Positions 1-11,651 of a stretch of 64,000 bases of DNA are shown in pieces (position 1 is the first letter of the stretch; the number at the start of each line of letters is the position of its first letter). This DNA is from Lama guanicoe (Eukaryota). Under the pieces are notes generated by a model that had not been told where the DNA came from, ran no database searches, and worked only from the letters and a program-made list of their open reading frames with translations. The stretch is taken from NCBI GenBank assembly GCA_013239625.1, contig MU053758.1, forward strand, positions 3,767,490 to 3,831,489, in the 5' to 3' direction. A program made the translations under genes and the position numbers.

Positions 1-566
1 TTTAATTGACCTGTAGTACCCAAAACTGCAAATGCTTCTCATGTTCCACCCTACCATTCTTTATTGTCTCTAAAATTATAAATAAGTTAGATCTCCAAGG
101 GAGGAGGTCCATTGTAAAGCCAAAGCTGAGAGATGAGGGCCTATTCGCCAGGAGAATTTCAAGATGTCACTGATCTATATCAGCAGAAATGTGAATACTG
201 GCTTTGGAGATGGTTTCTAATTTTTGATCAGACTGAGTTAATCAATATGGAGGCACTCACCAGAGATTTGCAATTCAGCTGCCAGCTTGAGTTATTTAGG
301 GCTGAGTCTAAACATTTGCTCAGTCAGTGAGCAGAAATGGAACTCCAAAGTGGCCTATACAAAATAAAGTTGAGTTTCCAGAAAATCCTTGTTGGAAAGA
401 AGGAAGGAATAATAATAAAGGAAGAGGAATAAAGAGAAAGAAACGCAACCAGCTAGGAAAACAGGAATGTTGGAGTGGGCTTATCATTTAGAACCCATGC
501 GACCATTCCCCATCTATGAAAGCCCAGAACACACTATCCAGACTCTGGCAGTTAAGAAATACCTAG

Positions 567-672
567 GCAGCAGGGTGAGTGTAGCTCAGGGCTAGAGTGC
601 ATGCTTAGCACGCATGAGGTTCTGGGTTCAATCCCCAGGACCTCCATTAGAAAAATAAAAATAAATAAAAAT
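567..672 (+). mobile_element. tRNA-Ala-derived SINE (Vic-1-like)
   Basis: A box (TAGCTCAG), B box (GGTTCAATCC), A-rich tail, imperfect target-site duplication aaatacctag / aaatacgtag. Confidence 0.85.
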
Positions 673-949
673 AAATACGTAGACAAGAGGGAACACAGCA
701 TCTTTGGAAAAAATGGTAGCCCTTGTTCTGTGAGGTTGTGGGCAGGAGATGCTACAGTTGAATTGGGCTCCCTGATTTTAACAGAGATGGGGTCCAGGTG
801 GCAGAGGGCAAGCAGGGATGCTTCCATTGCTGGAGGGCTGGAATAGTAATCAGGATGATAAAATCTGTAAGGCTTCGTATGATAATCAGCTTATCATGGG
901 TCCCTAAGACCAAAATACATGGGAAGACCACCAAGATCCTACTTCAATG

Positions 950-1160
950 AGCATTTAGATCTGGAGATTGTCATTCTAAGTGAAGTAAGCCAGAAAGAGA
1001 AAGATAAATACCATGTGATATCGCTTATATGTGGAATCTTTGAAAAAGGACACGAATGAACTTACTACAACACAGAAGCAGACTCACAAACATAGAAGAT
1101 AAACGTGGTTACCAGTGGGCCAAAGGAGTGGGAAGGGGTAAATCGAGAGTTTGAAATCTG
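950..1160 (+). mobile_element. L1 3' fragment
   Basis: ctggagattgtcattctaagtgaagtaagccag...cttatatgtggaatc, similar to the L1 copies at 32.2-36.9 kb. Confidence 0.75.
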
Positions 1161-1849
1161 CACCTCATGGGGAGTGATGGAAATGTTAGGTGCCTTGATT
1201 GTGGCGGTGGTTTCATACGTATTTACATCCATCAAAATTCATCAAATTGTACATCTGTAATATGTGTAGTCTACTGTATAGGAATTATACCACAATGAAG
1301 GTGTTTTAAAATAAAAATAAAAGAAATGGACTCTAAATCAATCAATCACAGAAACATAAAGAAACAGAAAGGAATTTAATACAGAGCATTGGCTGTTTGC
1401 GAAATTATTAGAAGGCTGGAGAAGTAGACTCTAGATTGAGACTCTAGAAATGGCTCCCTGATTAAGACCATAGAACCAGCCCCCAAAGGAACTCCTGGTC
1501 TGCCACAATAAGAAACCTTGGGAATCAGGAAGCCATTACCAGATCAGGTGGCCCCAGGCATATAGTACCTGGTAGATCTATGCCAACAAAAAACACTCCC
1601 TCCCTCCAGATCTCTTTCCACTCAACTCATGTCCCACCAAAGTGCACTGACTGGAAAAACTTATATTACATCTAGATCCACAGCTGTAAGGGAGTCTGGA
1701 AAAAGTAGGTTGAAGATTATCTGCCTCTAGAGAACAGGAAAGCTCACTGGAAAGATGTGGGAACTGATATGAGCAAGTCAGTCAGTCGTAACTGCTGTAG
1801 TTTTCTACCCCATCCCCCAAAAAGAAAAGTTTAGATCAGGAAGAAGCCT

Positions 1850-3150
1850 GTCTTAAGCCCCATGATAGAGAATGACAGGATCTTATCCAGTTCTAAAACC
1901 AGGATCAGCTCTTAGACCCAGAGCACTTTGAATAAAGGGAAATCCAGGTACCCTTGAGGAAGGAGTTTGCAAGAACATCACAGGAATGCACTGTGCGTCT
2001 GCCTCCCAACCTCCCCCCATAGGAACCTGGCGGCATTTACAAGAGTAGCTGTGTACTGAGGGGAAGGAAATACCCCAACCTGCAGGGATTATTGGCTTTA
2101 TTACCTAGACTTACTGGCTCCAAACTAACTCTAATCTCTGAAAATGCAGAACAACACTGTAGTTCACCAGTTAGACTGAAAGCTTATGTGAGGGTCATTA
2201 TAGCTGTCATTTTGATCACTATTCTTTTCCAGGCAAATCCGAAAATCACATTCTCCAATTTCCTTTGCCGCTAAGATAAGCTATGTGATTTAGATTCTAC
2301 CAATCCGATGCACCACGTGAGGCTTAGGAGGGAGGTAGGTGAGGAAGTGGGTTCCATTTGGGGCATCTACCTGCTGGCATGGATAGCAGAGGCAGCATGG
2401 CTCTGAAGCCCAAGCTGTGGAGGTTGTTATTCAAAAGGGCATGTCCTGACTTGGAAATTTCCCAGTCTTGGCAGAGGCAACGGCTCCCTTGGCAGACCCA
2501 TTCTGCTATGTCACTTGGGGAGATGTTAGAAATTAAGCCTAGATTCTGTTTCTCCAACTCTCCTAATGATTCTTTGAGTTATCTAGAGCTCTTATGAATC
2601 CCTTGTTAAAACAGCCAGAGTAGTTTCTGTTGATTGCAGCTGAGAATCTGACCATTTCAAAGCATCAGATGCCAATGGAGTTTTGACCTAAGTCTGTCTT
2701 TCATGAGCCCAATGGTACCCTGGATCCAACCAATGGTTTTTTCCCCTGATATCTGAAATGGAATGAAAGTAGTCAATAAATAGCTCCCTGACCTATGGAG
2801 TAAGGATTATGGTGTAAGAAGAGTCAGTAACACTACATCTCTAAGAGATCAATAGAGATTAGTGCCACATAAAAATTGGATAAATTCAGGGTTGATCACT
2901 CTGGTCACCTCCCCCATTAACTTGTCATTTTCCCTGTGTAGAATATAAACAGACATTAGGGAATGATAATTTTATAATTTATCATGTATCTATTCCAATA
3001 GAAATCACTGATTCAGATCAGGTCTACTTACTAGAACAGATCACAACAGTCCTTAGCACCTGATATGGGAAACTCTTTTTTCTCTATTCCAATAAGCAAA
3101 GGATACCAGGATACATTTGCATTCACCTGCAGAGATAGCAATACATCTTT
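1850..3150 (+). mobile_element. Decayed ERVL-type internal region (gag/pro to RT remnants), interrupted by a MaLR-type LTR at about 2210-2660
   Basis: 2910-3150 reads as a degenerate ERVL reverse transcriptase (…LLEQITT…, …FFSIPI…, …FAFT…). Boundaries are approximate. Confidence 0.5.
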
Positions 3151-3799
3151 TCCAGGAAGTGCAGAGAATCAGACCTAGTGGGTAAGCAAACAGAAGCATT
3201 CTCCAAATCACACTGAAGGATTGTCTATATCAGCAGTCACTGCTGTCACTGCTGGCCACAGACACTGCAGCTCAAACTATTGATGTTGGGCGCTGCACAT
3301 CCCTGCAGAACCACCATTACTGTTGCCTCAGTAAACTACATGTCTCAGCCCCTGTCCTGTTTCTACCATATTAGATTCCACTAGGCACTTCCTTCACCTC
3401 CAAAGTCTTGTGTGGGAGCACCTGATTGGCAGAGCCACACCACATGTCCTAGCTGCAATGGAAGTTGGAAAAAGCACATTTCTGGCTTCTCCCTTGGGGA
3501 GTCTCAGGCTCAAGATGGAGAATTCCCCAAATAGAGATAGAGAGAAGGTATAGAGTGGTAGGAGAGAAAGACGGTGTAAGTGGGAAGAGAATCGGAGAAG
3601 ATCTTGACCAGTTGCATATTAAGGATGAAGCACTAGAGAAAATATCACAAACTCTCGATGCTCAGGCAACTCACTAGAGCCATCTTGGACCCAGAGACAC
3701 CATCCAGCTTCCAACCACGATCTTGGGTTTTCCTGAGTATCTACATTACTTTAATGTCCTAGGTTTACTCTTATGTAACCCCTCCCCCAATGGCTTGAC

Positions 3800-4850
3800 C
3801 AATCTGTAGCAAACTGTGTCTTCCAAAGATCAGTATATCCCATTCCACATGCTGTCCTTCTACGTGACATGGGCACTCTGACATCTTTGGGGTCTGTATT
3901 TGTTTCTGTTTCTGCTTAGCAAATTACTGCAAATGTAGCAGCTTAAAATAGGACCCATTTATGAAATCACAATTCTGCAAGTGTGACTGGGTTCTCCATA
4001 AAGGATATCATAAGGTGTTGGTCAAGCTGAGCTCCCAGCTGGAGACTCTGGGGAAGAATCTACTTCCAGACTTTTTCTTGTTTTTGGAAACACTCAGTTC
4101 TTTGCAGATTGAGGACTGAGGTCCCCTTTTCCTTGGAGGCTCTCAGTTCCTAGAGGCCACCCACATTCCTTGCCACTTGCCTCCTTCCATTTTCCAGCCA
4201 GTAATGGAATATTGAAATCTTCTCATGCTTCAAATTTCTGACTTCCTCTTCTACAACAAACCAGAGAAAACTCTCTACTTTTAAAGAGTTTATGTGATTA
4301 TGTCAGGCGCACTGGATAATCTTCCTCAATAGAGACCTTAATTACGTCCCTCAAATCCCTTCACAGCAGCACCTGTTTGAACTGTTTGACTGAATAACCA
4401 GATCATCTTAAAGAGTTCTGCCTCCTTGCAAGATCTATACTCCCTTCCCTTGAATCTAGACGAGACAGTGAGTGCAGCAGACGTGACACTGTGTGACTTC
4501 CACGTCTAGGTAATAAAGGAAAACAGCTTCTCCCTGGTTCTTTCTTGCTTAGGACATATGTCTTGGGAGCCCCGAGTCAGCATGTAAGAAGCCTGGCTAC
4601 CCTGAGGCTGTCCTGCTGGAGAGCACAGGAAGAGTCTGCACACAAGATGCTGAGAAGCTCCTGCAGGGCCAGCCCCCAGGGTTGAGTCTTTCCAGCCCAG
4701 GTGCTGAACATGTGAGTGAGCAAGACTTCAGATGACTCCAGCCCCCAGCCTAAGAGCCGCAATGACCCCAAGTGCAGCAGAAATGAGTTATTCCCACCAA
4801 GCCTCTGAGCTTTGGGGAAGTTCAGGATGCAGCAGTAGTATCTGGAACAC
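3800..4850. mobile_element. Nested MLT1-type (MaLR) LTR fragments
   Basis: Typical MLT1 phrases such as 'ctctggggaagaatctacttcca' and 'ggtccccttttccttg'; subfamily not determined. Confidence 0.55.
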
Positions 4851-5084
4851 AGGCTGAGGGCGTTGTCTTGTGGAAGACATCCCTAGTCAAGCCCAATCAG
4901 AGACCTTGGAGGACGGTAGCGGCTGCTGACTTGTGGAAGGTTCCTTATTTTGTCTTGGAGCATTTTTTTTTCTGCATTTGTGCCTGTATTTTTCACCATC
5001 TGTGAAAACTTCCAACACAAAACCCACGTCATTTTTGTCTTGTTTCCCTCAGTAATGAACACGTGACCTGCTAAGAGACTGAGG

Positions 5085-5545
5085 CAGATTGTTTGCAAAA
5101 ACTGGCCTCTGTGATTGCCCTCCCTCAATCCATGTCCTTGCCATGGGATTTTGCATCTCCTCCTATCAAGAGAAGGAGTCTGTTTATCCTGCTCTTGAAT
5201 CTGGCTGAAGTGGTGACTTGCTTTGGCCAAAATCATGCAGCCAAAGTGACTGTTCTGAGCCCAAGCCTTAGAAGGCCTTGCATTATCTTGGAAACTTTGC
5301 TTAAGCCAGCTGGTTGGAGGATTCGAGTCATGTGGTTCTTTCAACCCCGTCACCCCCAACCAGCATGCAGCCAAGCCCCAGAGGTAGAGCTACCTATCTG
5401 ACTCGGACTGGACCACAGATGCTTAAAGGAAAACAGAAATGCCCAGTCTAAACTGCCAACTGCAAACCCATGAGCTCAATAAATGGTTGTGATTTTAAGC
5501 CACAAAATTGTGGATTGCTTTGCTCCAAGCAAAAGTTAACTGATA
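5085..5545 (+). mobile_element. MLT1-type LTR
   Basis: Contains 'tcctgctcttgaatctgg…gtgacttgctttggccaa' and ends '…gttgtgattttaagccac…aactgata'. Confidence 0.6.
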
Positions 5546-5667
5546 GAAAAGCTAACCAACTCTTTTAAAGTGGATCCAATTGATTCTCCTTTCACCTCCT
5601 TTCTGCCCCTTCTTAATCCCAAAGAACAAACGGGTCCAAGTCCAAGTTCGATTTGCAATAGGAAAGC

Positions 5668-5673
5668 TTTATT
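5668..5673 (-). terminator. KRT9: KRT9 poly(A) signal AATAAA
   Basis: tttatt on the + strand, about 240 nt past the stop codon at 5912-5914. Confidence 0.8.
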
Positions 5674-5911
5674 GAGAATTTGAGATCAGACAGGGAGTGG
5701 GGTCACCCCTAGACCAGACAGAGGAAGAGAGATCTCCCCAACCCCCCAGAGGAGGGGGCCAATGGGAAGCCAGAGGCTCAACTGCCCAGTCAGCCCCATC
5801 CCAAATGGGCCCCAGGACTCATCACCACAGTGCAGTGGGTAGGCTTCATCCAGGATCTGCCCGTTTGGGGGATGCTCAACTGGGTTAGGGCCACAGAGGT
5901 TTACAGAGGTT

Positions 5912-8347
5912 CTAGTATTGTATCTGGTAGCCTGTAGAGAAAGAGAAGGGAGGTGAGAGTGAGAAGAGAGGACTTAGAGCAGGAGACAGACAGACTGGGA
6001 CTTGGAGAAAAATGGGCTAAGTGAGAGCAAGGAGATTGAAGCTCAAAGAGCTGAAGAATCTTGAGATGGAAGGATCCTGGGATCCTAGCGGCCCCTACCC
6101 AATTCCTGAAGCTCTCTTGCAGCAGCTGGCGGATGCTCTCACATTTCGGAGGCTGGAGCCTCATGAGGCAGACCCTCCTCCATTCAACAGCTTTTTGTTT
6201 TTTTAAGTAAATGCTTTGGATATTGAGGTAACCTCTGCCTGAAGATGATGCATAAAACCACACCAGACACTCTAGAGAAGGATGGCTCCCAGGCACCCTA
6301 AGGCTTTTCTGAGCCAAACATTCCTAGTCATGTTACCCAGACTTTTGCTACAATCTCATATTAAATTTTTATTTTACGAGGTTCAACATGCACAAGGGGA
6401 AACTGTCTCTGACTAAGAGACCACTTGAGCTGTGCGGCTCTTTCTTGCATTTAGATTATTATCTTTAACATATGCTCCTTTTGGTAGTTTCATCATATAA
6501 CTGACTTATACAAGCCAGTCATTGACTACACCCCTGAACCTCTTTTCTACCTGAACCATGGTTGACCCAGGAGTCCCCATCGTCATGATGATTCAAAGCA
6601 CTGGGTCTGGAACACCCCCAGGGCTGAGCTCTTATTTATGAGTTTTGTGACCTTGAGTAAGTTACATAAATTCTCTGACCCTCATTTTCCTTATCTCTAA
6701 AATGGAATAATAGCAACACCCACCTCATAGGGTGTGGTGGGAAATAAATAAGGTGATACACAATTTCTAACCCATCTCCTATGCTACTGAGACTCGGGCC
6801 ATGTGTAAATTTGGTCCTAGCCTCACCTAAAGCTCTGTCAAAAATAGTGATAAATTCAGAAACAAGGGCAAGTCTATGGCACCTCACTAAGATGGATTCT
6901 AAAATCTAGCTCTGTTTAGAATATGTATTCCTCAGAGAGGCACAAAGATATTCAAAAAGTGCAGTACCTTGACAGGTATCACCTGTGCCTCCCCCACCCC
7001 TCACAACCTAGAGTTGTCCCTTACCTTGTGTCTCACAGCCACCAGATTTTGAGGAAGAGGACTGAGACTGGGATGGCCTTCCACTTCCTCCTCCAGATCC
7101 ACTTCCTTCTTCACAGCTGCCTCCACTTCCCCCTCCAGAACTACTTCCTACACAATAGCTGCCTCCACTTGCTCTTCCATAAGTGCCTCCACTTCCACCT
7201 TGAGATCCACTTCTTCTGCCACCTCCAAAGCTGATTTGTCCTGTTCCATGAGACTGACTGAGAAGAAAACACAGATATGAAATGAGTAACCTCACATATA
7301 TATACAAGAATGAACCCGGACAGAAGACCCAAATGTAATGTGAGTCCTCCTAAGTCTTTCTTCCTGCAAAGCAGAGGACAGAGGCTGGGCAGATACCACA
7401 GCTGGAAGGGGAGAGCCTTTCTCTCCCTAGAGCAGAGAGCTGTCCCTTCTCTCATTGTTACCATCCTCCTTTCCCAAAGCCCAAATGCCCTGAGGTTCCC
7501 CCCATGGGAGGAAGAAATCCGCAATCCATCAGACCCTTGTGTACAGGAGCTTTCCCAGCTGCCTCTATGCAGAAGAACAGAAGGGTTCCACAGAGTCCTG
7601 GGGCACGTACAGGTCTTCCTGGCCGCCCTCAAGGAGGCTGCAGTAGGTCTTAATTTCCTTCTCCAGCCGCATCTTGGTGCTGAGCAGAAGGCTGTACTCC
7701 TGATTCTGGCACTCAATCTCTGCCCGGATCTCAGCAAGCTGGACCTCCAGCATACTGATCTGCTCCTGAACCTGCTGCAGCAGGAGACTGTAGCGTTTCT
7801 CTGTATCTTCCAAGGACTTCTCCAGGGCTGATTTCTAGGGAGCAGAAAGAGGCTCTGAGAGGGATGCTACCTCATAACTGCTCCCCTTCCTGCCCCCGGG
7901 GATTGTGCCCAGCCTTCCGTGTCCCACCCTGGTAGAGGGTCCAGGGAAGGAACACCAACCATGCTGAGCTGAGCCTGCAGCTCGATCTCCAACTCCTGGA
8001 CGCTGTGCCGAAGCTTGGTCACCTCCTTGTTGTTGGACTCCACTTCCTGGCCATAACACATCACCTCCTGCTCGATCTGGCTCATCTGCAAACACCAAAG
8101 CTCAGTGAGGACCAGGCTGGGCTAGAGGCAGTAACGGGGAAGGCTCTTCCCCACTCATCAGCACCTTCATCTCCAGAGCCAAGATGGGGACAATGCCAAG
8201 GACAAGTTGTCCCGAGCTCTGGGTCCCTCCAGCCAGGCAGGATTGTCCAGTTCTCTTAACTTAACATTCCCTTTCAGCAAGGCTTCAAGACTCTTCACAA
8301 TTTATCTCTTAACTCCCTTTTAATGTTATTTCAAACTGGCCCCCCAA

Positions 8348-8385
<38 letters not shown>

Positions 8386-11300
8386 TACAGATCATGCCTA
8401 CATGTGCCAGCCTCTACACTGGATGATGGAGACCCAAGAGGAAGGAAGTCGCCAAAGAGCTCAGTGTAGTGTGAGGGGCTCACCGGGTACCACTACTAGG
8501 GTCCCATAGCACACAGTCTTATGTAAGATGTTTATGCTCTGCCTTTGTTCACACACACAATAAACTGTGAGAGTTTCTCGAGGACAACAATCTTGCGTGG
8601 CTCATCTCTGAGACATCAGCACTTCACATGAAACACAGCACTGAGAAGCTGCTCAGTAATTATGCTCGTGGGCAATGAATGAATTGGAAGAAGGATGACT
8701 GAGACGCCCAGCTGGACTGAGAGGTGGAGGGGTGGGTGGAGGAACGAATGGAAGGATGCGTGGATGGAGGGATAGAGGGTTGACTCTGAGTCCTCCGCTG
8801 CTCACCTGACTCTCATATTGCTGCTCGATGTCCCTTCGGTTCTTAGCACTGAGCTGCTCATACTCTTCGCGCATGTCATTGAGGATCTTAGTGAGATCTC
8901 TGCCAGGAGCAGCGTTCATCTCCACACTGACATCCCCAGTGCTCTGCCCAGACAGCTGGCACATCTCCTGCCAGGGAAGACAGGGATGTGGTCAGGGAGC
9001 CTCTCTATCACTTTTCAGTCCTCTCCCTCTGCTCACCCCAGGGTGCAAAGACAAGATGGGTCACAGGTGTGAAGTCAAAACCCAACCACCACCATAGGCT
9101 GGGAGTGTCTTCCTCAAGAGTAAGGGAGAGGGTGTCTCCCCGGCAGTGGTCCAGAGCTCCCCTCCACCCCAAGTCATCCCTGCACTTCTGTTCCTCCCTC
9201 TCCCCCACTAGCAGTAAGTAGCCAGAATCCCACCTCCTCATGATTCTTTCTGAGGGCTATCAGCTCCTCCTGCAGAGACTCATACTGCATCTCCAGGTCA
9301 GACTTCTGCATGGTTAGATCATCCAGCACCTTTCTCAGGCCACTGAGGTCAGCATCCACTGCTTGTCTCAGGTTCTGCTCCATCTCAAACCTGCAGACCA
9401 GCCAGGGGTAGAACATAAGCAGGAGGGCACAAGTCCCCACAGGAATCTCCAGAGCACTAGCGGGTAGAGGAAAGATTGATGGCAGCAAGGGGAGTGGGAA
9501 CAGGACTCACTTCATCCTGAAGTCATCCAGGGTCATGCGACTGTTGTCAATCTCCAGGAGAGTCTTGTTATTGCCCACCGTGAGGCACACAATCTAAAAA
9601 AGAGGAGATGGCATAGGACCCATGCACCCCTGCTGTGGCCCACTTCTGGGAGGGCAAGAGGCCAAGAAAAGCCATAGGAGGTGATGATCCCATCCAGGAA
9701 GATGCCCAACAGGTTGGAAGAGCTTCCTACCACTGTTATATGGCACAGACCCCTCACCCCTCACAGCCTCCAACAAGGATGTTCAGTGTGGCTTATATTC
9801 ATTCATTCAACAAATACTTGAAGATCTACTACAAAGGACACTATGGGGTTTAGAGATCAATGAGATAACTGCTCCTCAAGGAGCCCACAGTCAACTACAA
9901 AGTCCAAAATATCCTAGAAGAGTTCAAGGAAAGAAGAGTTGACTTGTGGCTATGGGAGATCAAGAAGGACTTCAGGGAGGAGGTGGTAATTGAATTGGTC
10001 CCTGAAGGGTGGCTAAGATTAGACATGAATAAATAGATGGAAGAGGTTTGGGGTAGAAGAAACAAGATACCCGAGGCTATTCATCAGAAGGTGTAGAAGC
10101 AAGGGGGACAGGTGGAAACAGTGAATGAGCTAGACTCTGAGCTCCTCAAGGACAGAGACCAAGTCTGGGACATCACTCTGTCTGCCCAGAGAAACACTGA
10201 GGATACTCGCTCTCTCAGTTGAATGGATAGAGGACGTGTGGATGGATGGATGGGTGAATGGTTGTGATGTATAGATAGATGATTTCTATCCATGCCCAGA
10301 GTTCTAGATCCTCTCCATCACTTGAACAGCCAGCATGTGTATCTGGGTCCAAGAAAACTGGAAGGATCAAGACAGGTCCTTATAGGAGCCCAGGAGAAGT
10401 AGGAAGGGAGAGATAGGATTTCTAGTTTTCCAGACTGGAAAGCTCTGAACTCATAAGAGATGAGAGGAGAGACAGGCAGATGCTCCCCTCTCCTGAGCCA
10501 TATGACCCACCTGTTTGGGGTGGCAGCACCCTTTTTTTTTCACGTAATTACAGAAATTTTAAACCATCAGATCCTGAGAGCTAGTCTGCCTATCCTCTGT
10601 ATTATATGGATAGGAGAGTGGGGAGGGTAGAGCTCAGTGGTAGAGTGCATGCTTAGCACACACAAGGTCCTGGGTTTAAACTTAATTACTCCCCCCCAAA
10701 GATTTTTTAAAACAAACAAAAAAAATTTTAATGGATAGGAGAATAGGTCCAGAGAGGGTGTTGGGCTTCCCAACATCACACAGTGAATTGGTGGCAGACC
10801 CAGGATGGGGGAAGCCCCATTGCTGTGCTCCCTCCACACTGGCTCTGCTTTCCCCACCCGGGCCAGGCCAAGAGTGTTTCTGATAAAAGTTTAAAGTTTC
10901 AAAAAGATGAACGGTCTGGCTACTGCTTGAGCTTAGAACCCAGCATCTTGCCTTTGGGGAAGACAAAGGGCAGGAGTGAGTGTGGGAGTGTGTGCGCATG
11001 CGTGTGAGAGACAGACAGGCAGAGATCTGCGTTTCCCCGGCCTACCTGCTTCTTGAGATCCTCGATAGTGTCATAGTAGCGAGAGTAATCCTTTTGGATG
11101 GTCCTGGGCCTCTGCCTGTCATACCACTCCCTGATCTTATTCTCCAGGTCGCTGTTGGCCTTCTCTAGTCTCTGCACATTTTCCATGTAGGAGGCCAGCC
11201 GGCTATTGAGTTCCTGCATGGTGGCCTTCTCATTCGCAGGCAGAATGCCACCATCTCCAACACCGCCACCAAAGCCAGCCCCAAAGCCCCCAAAGCCTCC

Positions 11301-11555
11301 GCCAAAGCTACTACCAAAACTACCACCACTAAAGCCACCCGCAGATCCTTGGCCAAAGCTGGAGACGAAACTGCCGCCACCTCCCCTCCCACAGGCCACG
11401 GAGCTCCCCCCACCATAGCTGCTGGTAGAGCTGAACCGGCCCCCTCCTCCCCCAGCCCCCAAGGAGCTGAAGCGGCTGACAGACAACCTAATGCTGCCAC
11501 CGCGGCCCCCGCTGCTCCAGCCGCTGCAGGGCGATGAGAACTGTCTGCAACTCAT
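5912..11555 (-). CDS. KRT9: Keratin 9 (type I, palmoplantar/foot-pad keratin), intact 8-exon CDS, 504 aa
   Basis: Coding exons (minus strand): 11555-11046, 9593-9511, 9390-9234, 8967-8806, 8085-7960, 7834-7611, 7257-7025, 5931-5912. All junctions are GT-AG. Exon sizes 83/157/162/126 are typical of type I keratins, and the total is 1515 nt in frame. Diagnostic K9 peptides: [70 protein letters not shown]. Position next to KRT14 is syntenic. Confidence 0.95.
8350..8382. repeat. (CA)n microsatellite in KRT9 intron 4
   Basis: Uninterrupted CA run of about 16 units. Confidence 0.95.
10618..10730 (+). mobile_element. Vic-1-like SINE in KRT9 intron 1
   Basis: tRNA-like head; perfect 12-bp target-site duplication atggataggaga at 10606-10617 and 10731-10742. 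Confidence 0.9.
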
Positions 11556-11645
11556 GGCAATATCCTCTGTTCGTGGGTGGGAGCAGTTGTAGGAGTGCTG
11601 CCAGCTCCGGAGTGCAGGGTGTGGAGCTAAACTCGAGGACGTCTA

Positions 11646-11651
11646 CTTATA
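11646..11651 (-). promoter_or_regulatory. KRT9: KRT9 TATA-like box (TATAAG)
   Basis: About 90 nt upstream of the ATG at 11555, the same spacing as the KRT14 and KRT17 TATA boxes. Confidence 0.65.

Noticed and set aside
7040..7230. Repeated GGAAGTGGA-type units that could look like a spaced repeat array
   Set aside because: They encode the Gly/Ser tail of KRT9 exon 7; this is eukaryotic DNA and not a CRISPR array.
11206..11418. Pro/Lys-rich + strand ORFs (also 23387-23572 and 43727-43978)
   Set aside because: They are antisense shadows of the GGX-repeat keratin head exons.
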